Origin: Eledone cirrhosa
Lineage: Eukaryota
DNA length: 37,123 bases
NCBI GenBank assembly: GCA_964016885.1
Contig: CAXHJY010000731.1
Coordinates: 1-37,123, forward strand
Reading direction: 5' to 3'
The translations under genes were made by a program, and so were the position numbers. A model generated the notes under the pieces. It worked only from the letters and a program-made list of their open reading frames with translations, was not told the origin of the DNA and ran no database searches. Below are positions 12,020 through 28,327 of this stretch, piece after piece (within the stretch, counting starts at the first letter, position 1; the number at the start of each line of letters is the position of its first letter).

Positions 12020-14305
12020 TTAAGTTCTGTGACGGCAGAATAATGTTCGTTCAATTCTGTTATTCAGCAATTTCTTCTTGTGTGTGATTATGTAATAAAT
12101 CTCAAGATTACACAATTTGCAGAAATTTTGGCTCCTGGAAAAGCTTTGGGTTTTAGCTAATTTCTCCCATTTTAGGGTAAACTTTTGATCGCTATCCCTG
12201 AGCGTCCAAGCTTTTTCTGCTAAAGTTGTTACATTTCTTTGGCTCTGGTGTTTTATTGAGTAAGAATGCCTATATAATCGAGATTTAAACGATGTTGCCG
12301 TTGATCCCACGTAATACCACTCGTTGCCTCCGGATTTAATGGTACATTTATAAATAATATTTTTTTCCAGGCAGTTATTGCCGAGGGGGCAGTTGTCAGG
12401 ATAGGTGCAGTTACAGTTGTGTACGTTGGGTTTTCTCTGGAGTAGTATTGCGGACGAACTTGGGTGTGGTTTATTTATGTTCTGTAGTGTATTGTCTACT
12501 GTTTTTTTTGTGTTCTTTGTACTTAAGTTCTTAGTGTTTTCGTTTAACCTTCTAGTATTGATCTTTTTTATGTGTTGTTCAAGGTTTAACGCTGTAGAGT
12601 ATGACAGTCTTATAGTGGTAGGGTTTAGGATTTTGTGGTATTTGTGTGATGTAGGAAAATGTCTCTTAATTATTTAAAAGAAGAGTACTGGTAAATTTGT
12701 ACTAATGGAACTATTGTATTCGGGGTTATACCATAAGTACTCTTTGCATCGCTTTCTATTAGTTTTGTTTGTTGGTTTACTGGTGTGCATACTATGGTAG
12801 TAAGTGTGGTTTGGTGTTGTGTTATTATATCTACCTATGTGGGATTTATTTTGGGTGTTTTGATTGTTCCCATCTATATACTCTATTTTGTTGAGGTAGC
12901 CTGCTTTACTAAGGGCGTTATCGTAGTACTCGGCGTGTTCCTTAAATACTTGTATGTTAGAAGATAGACCCGAGATTCTAAGGGAAATATTTTTAGGGAT
13001 AGATTTAATTATAGAGATGGGGTGGTTAGACCCAACATTTACGTATTTGAGATTTTCATTCAATTTATGAAACGGTTTAATCAAACCAGAGTTTAAATTG
13101 AATGTGACATCCAGGAAGTTAACTACTTTAAGGTTGTATTCATATGTTATAGTTAGTTCTATTTCGAGTAGTAGTTTTCTTATATCTTTGCGTAGTTTTT
13201 CTAGTTTTGGGTTATTAAGGTTTTTAGCTAGGAGGAGAACATCGTCGCGGTATATTCCGCCGTGGAGATTGCTGAATTTTTCCTGGAGTCTAAAGGCGAT
13301 AAATAACCCCACAATATCAGTTATTTCCGCCGAATCGTTAGAGCCCATTGTTATGTCAAAGTTAGAGGGTCTATCTTTACGTACCCAATAACTGTTCTCA
13401 AATTTGACTATAGTTTTCCTAGCTTCTAATATAATCTTAATTTCATCGTTTGTAAGGTCAGAGTTATCCTTAGCAAACTTAATGGCTCTATTCAAAGTTT
13501 CAGGTGATATCGATGAGTAATATTCATCGATATCAAACTGGATAAACTTAGATTTATTCTTATTGCTAATGCTATTAAACCATCTTATTGCTTCTTGGGT
13601 CTTCCCCCAGAGTTTAATGTTAACCTTAGCCTTAATTTGGGGGATGATTCTATCTAAGATATATTTGCTTATTTTACCTATATCTGATTTAGAGGGGCAG
13701 ATTAATCTAATTTTAGGGTCATTATCAAAGTTTACCTTATGGTCCTTAAGATTGAAGGTGGGTACCGCCGGTAAGAGTGGTCCTGTCCTATCTTCGATTC
13801 CGAGATTTTTCACTATTTCGCATGCCTCATCATTGATGTGCTTAAGAGTTACTTCATTCGTTTTTCTATATTTTTTATGTAATTCTTTTCGAATGAAGTT
13901 GTTGTATGTAGTGCAATCCATAGTATACAGGTTTGATGTTTTGTCCGCTTTTACTACAATTCCTTTGGTGTTTTTAAGGTCGTCCAGTAGTTTTTTTATA
14001 TCTTTCTGTAATTTGTTGTTGGTGTTGCGTCCTTTGAATTTAATTTTAAGGATTAAGTTCATAAGGTCCTGCTCAAATGCATCTAATAGTGGGTTGGTGG
14101 GTGGGTTTTTACACGTCCTAAAACCGAATTTGTTGTTTACACCACTTTCTAATGTTGAGTTCAGACGGCTTCTATCATAGTGGAGCGTTTTCCACCTGAC
14201 ACGTCGAATGAATTCATTAGTTTTTTTAATCATACTCAATAAATATTCCTTTCTACCTTGGGTTGGTATGTTTTTGAGTGACATATCCAGGTAGTGTTTT
14301 TCCAT
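12020..14305 (-). pseudogene. PLE2 RT plus GIY-YIG polyprotein (761 codons) with one in-frame TAA at 12674-12676
   Basis: ADKT, PKIRLICPSKSDIG, FDIDEYYSSI, MGSNDSAE, IYRDD, NFLDV. Past the TAA the same frame stays open through HFPTSHKYHKI, CNCTYPDNCPLGNNC, IIYKC..YVGST, CKLC..E and CRH. Confidence 0.92.
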
Positions 14306-14681
14306 TGTTGTGGTTGCGTTTGCTGTGTGGGTTGCTCGACTTTACAGGAGGTAAATATACAGTATTTTCCGTTGTGTTGTAATATAAATATTACACACAG
14401 TAGATTGACAGCTCACGTAGAGTTTGCTCGACGGTTCCAGTTGTAGTTCCAAAAGTAATCCGGAGAATAATAGAAAGATTTGAATGGATACAGTTTAGTT
14501 GAAAGGAATTTATAGAAACACGTGTCAATAAATTCCTTTCAACTAAACTGTATCCATTCAAATCTTTCTATTTTTCTCCGGATTACTTTTGGAACTACAA
14601 CTGGAACCGTCGAGCAAACTCTACGTGAGCTGTCAATCTACTGTGTGTAATATTTATATTACAACACAACGGAAAATACTG

Positions 14682-16508
<1,827 letters not shown>

Positions 16509-17104
16509 TTAATATTTTTTTAAGGCAACGCTTGTAATAACTCTAGTTAAACAGGATATATATTAATAATAAATTATCGTTGTAATGTAATTAGATTATG
16601 TAATTGTTATTATAAATTATCTTATAAATATTAGTGTAAGATGTATAAAAATATTTTCAGACTTTTAATATAAACAACTACAAAAAACAATCAATATTAA
16701 ATCAATATATTATACATAATAGAAGACATAAAATAAACAATACAAATACAAAATATTTACATACAATTGCAATTATCAGTGTATATACATTTTCTTTATA
16801 TTCCCTGAGCAAATTAATAAGATTTGTTTTTATTGTACATAATTTGATGACTTGTTGGTGTGTATTAAAAGATAGCAACAATTTGTGATTAAATTGTTAT
16901 CTTAAGCAACTCACTTTTTAATAGTTGTTGGCTGAGCGAAATTGTAAAAGCCTATGAGCAAATATAAAAACAAATACACAAACAACATTTCCTTGTGTTA
17001 TTACAACATTAGATAAAATAATTGAGCAATGTCGTTATATTTTGCTCTTATTGCACATTAATAGTGTTTCTATTTTGCGGCACAAATCCATTACGGCAGT
17101 CCAT

Positions 17105-17233
17105 TACTGGTACTTTATTTTATCGAATTAGTAAGTATGAAAGTCGAAGTTAACCTCGGCAGGATTTGAACTTAGAATGCAAAGGACCATAACAATACTG
17201 CAAAGCATGGTGTCTGACGCTCTACCAATACTT
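17105..17233 (-). mobile_element. Decayed copy of the 10872-type SINE (a further fragment at ~18145-18187)
   Basis: Minus strand reads AGTTCAAATCCTGCCGAGGTTAAC...TCGATAAAATAAAGTACCAGT. Confidence 0.65.
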
Positions 17234-17734
17234 GTGTTGAGCTGGTCATTAATTTATGGTGGTCGTGCGTGGAGTAGAGCAATCGCTAGTTGAAATATTA
17301 TGAACAAAACATTTTTATTTGCCGAAGAACATATTTTCAATACTGTTTGTGAATGTGACGAAGGAAATGCATTCTGATATGGAACAGTGTACAAAGTGTG
17401 TCTGTGAATAACATAATGTTACCTCATGTTGTTGTCAAGACATAATGGATTTCGTTTATCCAGTTAGAAGATGAAACCTAGCCATCTCGGATTAGTTATA
17501 TTTCATGCCATGTGTAAACGTGTTTGAGGATAGCAAAATATGCGTGTTTCTTGTCTGGAAACTTTCTGCTAAACAAATTTGTTTCAGTATATATTTAATA
17601 TAATATTAATATATTTTGTAATATTATTAACTAATTATTATAATTAGCGCTTCAGGCTTTGTCTATATACTGAAACAAATTTGTAAGTCATTACCTAATT
17701 AAACTCTTTGCTTGAAATTTTATCATTCTTCGTT

Positions 17735-17768
<34 letters not shown>

Positions 17769-19279
17769 TTTATCTAGTCCTTCGCTCAAGATTAATCTAT
17801 AAGTTTAGATGTCTGCCTTCGTTTAAGTAAATATTACAGTAAGACTTTTAATATAAACAACTACAAAAAACAATTAATATTAAAACGAAAAAATTATCAA
17901 TGATAAAAGAAGCGGATGCAACTTTTTTTTTTTATAAAGTTATATTCCTGTTTCTTTAAAGAACATTTCATTTTTGTTCTATTGTAGGCGAAATAATGCA
18001 ATGGTTTAATAGGGAAGATATAACTTACCAATTATGTCTCTAACCGTGTAACGCTTTTTAAGTAGATAACTACAATTGAAAATACTAAAGAAATGGAACC
18101 AACAATTCAATTTGAAAGTCGTCTACTTATAGTGACAGTGTATTACTGGTACTTTATTTTATCGACCCCGTAACGATGAAATGCAAATGCTTAAAATTTA
18201 AATTGCCTTAATTCTATCGTCTGCTGTTTCATTAAAGGGAGATTCTCGTCTGTATTTAATTCTATCGTCTACTGTTCCACTAAACAGATATACCTCCACT
18301 ATCGTCTCGATTTATACATTTTAACTTATAACTTATACACATTTGATTTGAAATATTTTATCTAGTCCCCCCTCTCAATATTATGATGATTTCTTTCGAA
18401 TGAAACAGTTCTAGTCCTGTAGAAGCCATTTATATATATAATTGAACTGAGTTAAAAATTCACAATATTTATAATTAAATAAGCTCATATATATATGTGT
18501 GTATTTATCTGTTTATTGTATTATATATAATGTGTGTATATACAGGATGTCCCCCAAATATATATACACACTTCAACAGCATTCTAATAACTATTGCCTG
18601 TACAGGTAATCAAAGTGTCAATCGAATGTTAGTTTCGTGTTTTAACAGTACAAATTTACAATACACACATAACACACATAAAACCAGTGTATATACATAC
18701 ATGAGTGTGTATAAACATACATGAATGTGTATATACAATATATATGTATATATATATAGACACATATATTCACGGTGCAACGGAACATTAAAATATAGAT
18801 GCGGGAGGGGGGGTGTATATATAGGGGCGCTGGGGATAAAGGAGTGTAAAGCGTGTGTAATTGATATATTGAAGGAGGGGAGCGTGCAGCGATAGAGTAA
18901 CAAATATATAGAGAGGGGGAGAGATGGTATTGAAGGGGAGGAGTGCAAAGCGAAAGAGTAAGAGATATATATATAGAGACGGAACAGATAGAGAGAAACA
19001 GGCGTAAGTAACAGTGGAAGAGATATATAGAGAGGGGGAAATGTGTTATTGAAGGGGAGGAGTGTAAAGCGTAAGATATATATAGATAGAGGGGGAATAG
19101 GATATATATATATATATATATATATATCAACACTTACTCTGATTGGTTGAAAATTAGCCAATGACATACGATCACCACCACCACGGCTATCCCGGGAAAA
19201 TTTATGAAGATGTTAGGCATATATGTTAGAACACGAAAAGTGAACATTCTGTTGTTTCACACTTTTCGTGTTCTAACAG

Positions 19280-20961
<1,682 letters not shown>

Positions 20962-21047
20962 AACTTTGAATAGCTTTGAAATGTTTTGGCCAGTATTGGC
21001 CCAGGCCATGTCTAACTTAATAGCACCACCTGGCGAAGTCTTTCAAT

Positions 21048-24000
21048 TCAGGATTTGGGCACCATGGCCCATTCGAGAAGAGAATTACTGTTTGTTGAGA
21101 CATATCCGGGTGTGGGTGGTTTGTCCGGGATTACTTGGAGGAATTTGTCCAAAGACTTCTTGAATTTTCTGTGGTCAGTTTCTGTTTTGACGTGTCCTGG
21201 TGTGATGTTGAAGAGAGCAGGGCCGATTGAGGTGAAATAATTGTGCCGTATTGTTGTCATGAGTTGCGATTTAGATTTTTGAATGGGACGGATAGCACGG
21301 GGCCCAAGCCTTGGGTGTATCTTGAAGGCGATGCCAACATCATTTGGGCAGTGATGATGGAACATTTTCCACATCATGCAGATAATATAACGCTCACGGC
21401 GACGTTGGAGTGAGTAAAGTTTCAGGTTTTCTAATCGACCCCAGTAGTCAAGGTCTGACATGCCATCTATCTTTTTCGTGGTTGCCCTTTGAGGAGCTTC
21501 AAGTTTCATCATACTTTGTTTCGTGTGGGGAGACCACAGTGGACAACAGTATTCAAGGTGTGGTCGGGCAAAAGTAGAGAAGAGAAGGATAATGGTGCGG
21601 GAATCTCTCGACTGGAAGGTTCTGAGGATCCAGGAACACATTCTGCGGGCCATGTCAACTTTGCTGCTTATATGCGTGGTCCAGCTTATGTTGCTGTCCA
21701 CGGTTACTCCCAAGTCTCTGATGTTGTTAGATGCCACGAGAGTTTCCCCAGAGGGAAGGGAGTACGGGAGTTTCAGAGCATCCTCTTTTCCAAAGTGGAT
21801 CAGTTCGAATTTGTCTTCGTTCAGTAACATGTTATTCTTTTCCGCCCATTGGGTAACAGCCAGTAGGTCTGACTGAAGGCTTATCCGGTCATCCACCCCA
21901 TTGATGACCTTTTGGAGCTTGGAATCATCAGCGAAAATTTTAATGTTGCTGTGTTTGATGATGTCAGTGATGTCATTAATATAGATGATGAAGAGAAGTG
22001 GGCCCAACACAGTGCCTTGTGGGACCCCACTACTGACTTTGGCTGGGCTGGATTTGACTCCCTCAACTACAACATGTTGGGTTCTGTTTGACAGGAAGCT
22101 CTTGATCCACTGCAGCAGCTTTCCAGTGACACCAATATTGGACAGCTTTCTTAGTAGAATGTTATGATCAACCCTGTCAAAGGCCTTGCTGAAATCAAGG
22201 TAGATAACATCAGTGTTGGAACCCTCTCCCAAGGCTCTCAAAATGTCATCAAAGTGATGCAGTAGCTGCGTCAGGCAATCCCTTCCATTGCGGAATCCAT
22301 GCTGGTTGGAGTTCAGCATATTGTTACTCTCAAGGAAGTGGGTCATTCGCGATCTCACCACTCTCTCAAATACCTTAATGATATGAGAGGTGAGTGAGAT
22401 TGGACGGTAATTCACGGCAAGGGATTTGTTTCCCTTTTTGAAAACTGGGACAACAGACTGGGATAGAAGGTTTTCTGGCACATATCCAGCATCCAGTGAG
22501 TTCCGCCACAGATTGGCAAGAGGAGATGCAAGTTGGTGTTGACACGCCTTCAAGACACAAGCAGGGAACCTATCGGGACCTACTGCTGAATTATGCTTGA
22601 TTTCCTTTATTGCCGCCAAGACATCAGGGGCGCCAAACGTTATGTCCGATAAGGTGTAATGGGGAGTAACATCGCCGATACAGCCCAGATCGGCCATATC
22701 AGGATTGCTGAAAACAGAGCAGTATTGTTTCTGCAGTATCTCACCCATGGTTTTAGCATTGTCTTGAAGAGTGCCATTTTCATCAATTAGAGGGCCAACA
22801 GTAGAGCCAGTGATTTTGTGTTTTTTTGCAAATGAAAAGAACACTTTGGGATTGAGTTTGATCTTCTCAATGGCCCAGGCCTCTTCAGCTCTTCTCTGAT
22901 TGTTGATGAGGGACATTATGTTGTTTTGGAGGTTATGTTTTTTAATCTCTAGTGATGAAATGGCAGTCAAGTTGATGTGTTGCTGCTGACGGTATTTCAG
23001 CTTGTTGATTTTTTTGTTCGTTCTCTTAATTTTTCTGATGAGCGTTTTTCTATTTCTAGGGATTCTGCTCTTAGATTTGTTTATAGTTCTTAATGGGGTG
23101 TGTTTTGCACATATGTTTGTAACAGTGTCCACAAATGTCTGCCAGGACTTTTTGATGTTAGTGGGTGTATGAGTGTGCGTGAAGGACCAGTCGACATGTG
23201 CAAGACCATGACTGATCGCTTCCCAGTTTGCATTGTGGAAATCCATAGCGTCAAACGGATGGACAGGAGAGATGACATTGGGTTTGTATATTGGACGGTG
23301 GAATCTCAGATCACAGAGAACCATGTCATGATCAGAGAGTAGAGTTTTCTCCACTGCAATATTGTGGATATTGTCAGTGTGATTGCTGAAAATTAAGTCT
23401 AGGACGTTTTTGTGGCACCTCGTTGGTTCGAGCACCAGTTGGGATAGGAAGAAATCATCCATGAAGTCAAGAAGCGATCCCACTGCTTCCCTGTCAGAGG
23501 TTGAGGCAGAAGAACCTGGTGGCAGGCTGTTTGTGGACCAGTCAACTCCGGGGAGGTTGAAGTCCCCCATCATTAAGATGTTGTCAGGGTGACACTCTTG
23601 GATGAAACACTTTATGCTGTTGAGGCATTCCTTGAAGCATGGTACAGGCGTTTGGGGTGGCCTATAGAGCCCAACTACTATTAGGTTGTTGGTTTGACTG
23701 AATACAGTGACTGCCTCACAGTATCCATTAGTGAATATGTTCATAGCCTCTGTTGAGAAAGAATTATGGACATAAATGGCAGTTCCGCCCTTTCTTCTGC
23801 CAGCGCGATCAGCACGGATGGCTTTGAAATTTTTCACTTTCACCTCGGCTTCCAAGTGGAGGTTACTGAGATGGGTTTCAGTGAGGACGAAGAAAGGGAT
23901 GTGGTTTGGATGGACATCAATCCAGTCCTCCAGGAATTTGATCTTCCATTTTTGAGTATTGGTGGAAGGGCTGATGCCTTGGGCGTTAAGCAAAAATGTA

Positions 24001-24068
24001 GAGGCGAGAGTGGATGGTTTTAATTGTTTTGGTGTGTTGTTAATTTGTTTGTTTGTTAATGGCAGCAA
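21048..24068 (-). CDS. LINE ORF2: APE-like endonuclease plus reverse transcriptase (1006 aa, uninterrupted)
   Basis: Endonuclease: LTETHL, GGTAIYV, LYRPP, GDFNLP, LDLIF, SDH. RT: [62 protein letters not shown]. Confidence 0.96.
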   Translation of the reverse strand: MLPLTNKQINNTPKQLKPSTLASTFLLNAQGISPSTNTQKWKIKFLEDWIDVHPNHIPFFVLTETHLSNLHLEAEVKVKNFKAIRADRAGRRKGGTAIYVHNSFSTEAMNIFTNGYCEAVTVFSQTNNLIVVGLYRPPQTPVPCFKECLNSIKCFIQECHPDNILMMGDFNLPGVDWSTNSLPPGSSASTSDREAVGSLLDFMDDFFLSQLVLEPTRCHKNVLDLIFSNHTDNIHNIAVEKTLLSDHDMVLCDLRFHRPIYKPNVISPVHPFDAMDFHNANWEAISHGLAHVDWSFTHTHTPTNIKKSWQTFVDTVTNICAKHTPLRTINKSKSRIPRNRKTLIRKIKRTNKKINKLKYRQQQHINLTAISSLEIKKHNLQNNIMSLINNQRRAEEAWAIEKIKLNPKVFFSFAKKHKITGSTVGPLIDENGTLQDNAKTMGEILQKQYCSVFSNPDMADLGCIGDVTPHYTLSDITFGAPDVLAAIKEIKHNSAVGPDRFPACVLKACQHQLASPLANLWRNSLDAGYVPENLLSQSVVPVFKKGNKSLAVNYRPISLTSHIIKVFERVVRSRMTHFLESNNMLNSNQHGFRNGRDCLTQLLHHFDDILRALGEGSNTDVIYLDFSKAFDRVDHNILLRKLSNIGVTGKLLQWIKSFLSNRTQHVVVEGVKSSPAKVSSGVPQGTVLGPLLFIIYINDITDIIKHSNIKIFADDSKLQKVINGVDDRISLQSDLLAVTQWAEKNNMLLNEDKFELIHFGKEDALKLPYSLPSGETLVASNNIRDLGVTVDSNISWTTHISSKVDMARRMCSWILRTFQSRDSRTIILLFSTFARPHLEYCCPLWSPHTKQSMMKLEAPQRATTKKIDGMSDLDYWGRLENLKLYSLQRRRERYIICMMWKMFHHHCPNDVGIAFKIHPRLGPRAIRPIQKSKSQLMTTIRHNYFTSIGPALFNITPGHVKTETDHRKFKKSLDKFLQVIPDKPPTPGYVSTNSNSLLEWAMVPKS

Positions 24069-24472
24069 TGGGAGTTTGTGCAGTGGGGTGATAGTGGAGG
24101 GTGGTGCTGGGTGATAGCTCGAATGTTTTTTTCCAGTTCTTTTGCCAGATTCATTATGGCTAAAAAAGAGGAAGAAGTTTCCTGTTTAGAAGACTGTTGG
24201 TGACTGTGGTAGTGGTTATTTTTATGTAGGTTATGGTTTTTGTTTTTGCTTTTAATTTCATTTTCATTTGTCCGACGGGTTCCCGGGAGATGGGTAAAGG
24301 GACAATCCCGGTCTAAACACAATCTGTCTCGCAGGGAAAAGCGGCAGATTTGTGGATTCCTTGTTTGAGTTATTGGTGGTTGTGTTGGTGTTAAATTAGA
24401 GTATAAATTATGGTGGTGGCTGTTTGTGGGGATAGATCGTTTTGTCCTAGGTAAATGGGTGAATTTGCACAT
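24056..24472 (-). CDS. C-terminal remnant of LINE ORF1 with CCCH-type zinc finger(s)
   Basis: CRFSLRDRLCLDRDCPFTH and a truncated CKFTH repeat. The stop overlaps the start of the ORF2 frame. Confidence 0.7.
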   Translation of the reverse strand: MCKFTHLPRTKRSIPTNSHHHNLYSNLTPTQPPITQTRNPQICRFSLRDRLCLDRDCPFTHLPGTRRTNENEIKSKNKNHNLHKNNHYHSHQQSSKQETSSSFLAIMNLAKELEKNIRAITQHHPPLSPHCTNSHCCH

Positions 24473-24499
24473 CTATATATATATATATATATATATACA

Positions 24500-24536
<37 letters not shown>

Positions 24537-24610
24537 GACGTAAAATAAGAAAATATTTTTTTAAAAAAATTTAAAAAAAAAAAAAAAAATGTTTTCTTAC
24601 TTAAATTTTC

Positions 24611-24692
24611 ACTCCAACTAATTAGTTTCTGCAATGGGATAAAGACAGTTACGTAATCCAACTGTCGAGAATTCATTGCGTCATCAGGGAGT
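24611..24692 (-). ncRNA. Type I hammerhead ribozyme, extended stem II
   Basis: Reverse complement of the 24953-25034 motif. Confidence 0.8.
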
Positions 24693-24952
24693 CTATTCTC
24701 AGTTAAGTCTCCAGGCAATGCGCGGACACTGGCGGCTCATATAAAAATAATAATAATTCGGTAGATCGAACAGCTTGCGAGGACTGGATTCTATGTACCG
24801 AAATTCTCACTGCTTCAAGTCAAATGGCCGATTCTAAAGAATCAATCACGTGACACAGAGGCTAGTTAGAAGGAATGGGATGGTAAGATGACTACTATTT
24901 TTATATGAGCCGCCAGTGTCCGCGCATTGCCTGGAGACTTAACTGAGAATAG

Positions 24953-25034
24953 ACTCCCTGATGACGCAATGAATTCTCGACAGTTGGATTACGTAACTGT
25001 CTTTATCCCATTGCAGAAACTAATTAGTTGGAGT
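24953..25034 (+). ncRNA. Type I hammerhead ribozyme, extended stem II
   Basis: ACTCC-CTGATGA-C-GCAATG..GACAGTT(9 nt)AACTGTC..CATTGC-A-GAAAC-TAATTA-GTT^GGAGT. Confidence 0.8.
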
Positions 25035-25518
25035 GAAAATTTAAGTAAGAAAAAAATTTTTTTTTTTTTTTTTTTAATTTTTTTAAAAAAATATTTTCTT
25101 ATTTTACGTCCTTTATATTATTGTTCTGCATTCTCCTGCATTGAACCACCTAGGTACTATGACATAACTTGTGTATTTGCTGGCATGGGCGTGCATCTGT
25201 GCGCTTATGTTAGTTGATATATTAAATTATCTATATTTATCTCCAAATCACTGATTTGTCGAGCAAACTTGTCAAAACCACTTCTAAAAAAATTTTTTTG
25301 GGGTGTTAGTAGGCGTCAGTCATCTTACCATCCCATTCCTTCTAACTAGCCTCTGTGTCACGTGATTGATTCTTTAGAATCGGCCATTTGACTTGAAGCA
25401 GTGAGAATTTCGGTACATAGAATCCAGTCCTCGCAAGCTGTTCGATCTACCGAATTATTATTATTTTTATATGAGCCGCCAGTGTCCGCGCATTGCCTGG
25501 AGACTTAACTGAGAATAG

Positions 25519-25600
25519 ACTCCCTGATGACGCAATGAATTCTCGACAGTTGGATTACGTAACTGTCTTTATCCCATTGCAGAAACTAATTAGTTGGAGT
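25519..25600 (+). ncRNA. Type I hammerhead ribozyme, extended stem II
   Basis: Same motif, 566 bp downstream. Confidence 0.8.
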
Positions 25601-25794
25601 GAAAATTTAAGTAAGAAAAAAATTTTTTTTTTTTTTTTTTAATTTTAAAAAAAAAATATTTTCTTATTTTACGTCCTTTATATTATTGTTCTGCATTCTC
25701 CTGCATTGAACCACCTAGGTACTATGACATAACTTGTGTATTTGCTGGCATGGGCGTGCATCTGTGCGCTTATGTTAGTTGATATATTAAATTA

Positions 25795-25833
<39 letters not shown>

Positions 25834-25835
<2 letters not shown>

Positions 25836-26095
25836 GGCATTCCTGTCTTAACGACATCACAACTTTCTCCGCTTGGCCTGTTTCCCCCCCCCCCCCCTTT
25901 GGAACTTTCCCCCGTTGATGGGCGTGAGCCCGAAATATAGGGATTAAATCTCCACTACGGTAACCCTTCTAACTTTGTTTTGTTTTCATCTTTGTCTCTC
26001 TCAATTTTCACTTTCACCTGTTTCTCCTATCTATCATTCACTTCCTACCTCGAGATTTCCCTCTGCATTGTTGTGGCTTTCTTAACTACGTATTT

Positions 26096-26096
<1 letters not shown>
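25834..26096 (+). mobile_element. Solo pLTR of the PLE3 family (variant HHR at 25908-25943)
   Basis: Matches 8126-8378. The motif reads TCCC-CCGTTGA-T-GGGC(gtga)GCCC-GAAA-TA-TA-GGGA. Confidence 0.82.
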
Positions 26097-26701
<605 letters not shown>

Positions 26702-26705
<4 letters not shown>

Positions 26706-28183
26706 AAGGTAAAGGGGATGCTTTGGAGAGGAGCAATTATAGGGGTATAAAACTGATAGATCAGGTTATGAAAGTGGCAGAAAGGATTTTAGCACAACTA
26801 ATTAGAGAAAGGGTCAAACTAGATGAGATGCAGTTTGGTTTTGTGCCTGGGACGAGTACTACAGATGCCCTCTTCTTGGTGAGACAAATGCAAGAGAGGT
26901 TCTTAGAGAAGAATAAGCCACTATACTTAGCCTTTGTTGACCTAGAGAAGGCCTTTTATAGGGTACCCCGATCTGTCATCTGGTGGTCCCTAAGGAAGCT
27001 GGGTGTTGAGGAATGGCTTGTGAGGACAGTGCAAACTTTGTACAGAGGTACTCTCAGTAAAGTCAGCGTAGGAATAGAGTTTAGTGAGGAATTCCAGATA
27101 CAAGTAGGAGTACATCAGGGTTCGGTCCTCAGCCCGCTCTTGTTCATTATAGTCCTCCAAGCCATAACAGAGGAGTTTAAGATTGGCTGTCCATGGGAAC
27201 TTCTCTATGCTGACGATCTGGCTCTTATGGCAGAATCAGTAGAGGAGCTAGAGAATAAATTCCGGCTATCGAAACAGCAGTTGGAAGCAAGAGGACTGAG
27301 AGTAAATCTAGCTAAGACAAAAGTGTTGATGAGTAGAAAAGAGGACAAAACCCTGATTCCGTCAGGGAAATGGCCATGTTCGATATGCAGAAAAGGAACT
27401 GGCATAAATTCTATAAAATGCACACAATGTAGGTCCTGGGTACACAAGAGATGTAGCGGGATAGCAGGCAAACTAACAGGTAGGGAGAAATATGTATGCA
27501 GTAGATGTACAGGGAAATTAGACAGTAGAAGTCGCACTGATAGACACATTTTTCAAATGCGAGAGGGCGCTATAGAAGTGGTGGATAGCTTCCGGTACCT
27601 AGGAGATCAGATTAGCATGGGAGGAGGGTGTTCCGAGGCCATAGTATCTAGAATAAGGACGGGTTGGAAGAAGTTTAGGGAGCTGCTTCCTCTGTTGACG
27701 AAGAAGGGTTTCTCCCTGCGTACGAAAGGCCGGTTGTATGATGCCTGTGTGAGGAGCGCGATGCTGCATGGTAGTGAGACATGGGCAGCAACCGCAGAAG
27801 ATATGCGACGGCTGGAGAGAAATGAGGCAAGCATGCTCCGTTGGATGTGCAGTGTAAATGTGCGTGAACGACCCAGCATAAATGTGTTGAGAGAGAAACT
27901 GTGTCTGAGAGGGATAGAATGTAGTGTACGGGAGAGGAGACTGAGGTGGTATGGACATGTGATGCGCATGGAGGATGACCGATGGGTGAAGAAGTGCCAG
28001 GAAATGCCAGTTGAAGGAAGACGTGGTAGAGGTAGACCACGAAAAACATGGGCGGAGGTGGTGAGAACAGACCTCAGATCATTGAAGCTCACGGTGGAAA
28101 TGACGAGGGACCGTGACGAGTGGAGAGATGCTGTGCTGAATAAGACCCGTCCCACCCTTGCAAGCAGGGAAAAGCGGACGTAA
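26702..28183 (+). CDS. RTE-clade LINE reverse transcriptase, 5'-truncated, with internal PHD-like finger; (ATG)n tail to ~28206
   Basis: [77 protein letters not shown]. The tail TGATGATGATGA follows the stop directly. Confidence 0.93.
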
Positions 28184-28211
28184 AATGATGATGATGATGA
28201 TGATGATATAC

Positions 28212-28248
<37 letters not shown>

Positions 28249-28251
28249 TAC

Positions 28252-28302
<51 letters not shown>

Positions 28303-28327
28303 CATATATATATACATATATATATAT

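Larger units (their letters stand above)
10622..14686 (-). mobile_element. Full-length Naiad-type Penelope-like element (PLE2) with 3' pLTR and 5' inverted segment
   Basis: ORF 12020-14305, a 3' UTR ending in an HHR-bearing repeat, a 5' end repeating the post-HHR sequence, and a 159-bp inverted arm at 14528-14686. Confidence 0.85.
20962..24472 (-). mobile_element. CR1-group non-LTR retrotransposon, 5'-truncated within ORF1
   Basis: ORF1 remnant, complete ORF2 and a ~85-nt 3' UTR ending TTCAAAGCTA-TTCAAAGTTA. Both ends abut (TA)n. Confidence 0.88.
24530..25800. mobile_element. ORF-less HHR repeat: inverted arm (24530-24893) plus ~1.6 tandem copies of a 566-bp unit
   Basis: 24896-25235 repeats at 25462-25800. 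The left arm is the reverse complement of ~25318-25683. (TA)n on both sides. Confidence 0.88.

Noticed and set aside
12674-12676. In-frame stop in a Naiad-type ORF as possible selenocysteine recoding
   Set aside because: The codon is TAA, not TGA, and does not align to a Cys position. The Cys motifs of PLE1 and PLE2 use ordinary Cys codons.
13098-14180. Antisense ORFs over retroelement coding regions (also 21489-23592, 27205-28470, 29245-30162)
   Set aside because: Shadow frames of the RT ORFs, with no independent motifs.
18383-18420. HHR-like ATGATGA-TTTC..GAAT-GAAAC..GTC
   Set aside because: C3 is missing and no stem I pairing is evident. At best a decayed remnant.
16509-18780. Possible host exon in the less repetitive AT-rich stretch
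   Set aside because: No convincing ORF or splice pattern, only SINE remnants and short repeats (e.g. ~42 bp at 16660 and 17842). A small exon cannot be excluded.
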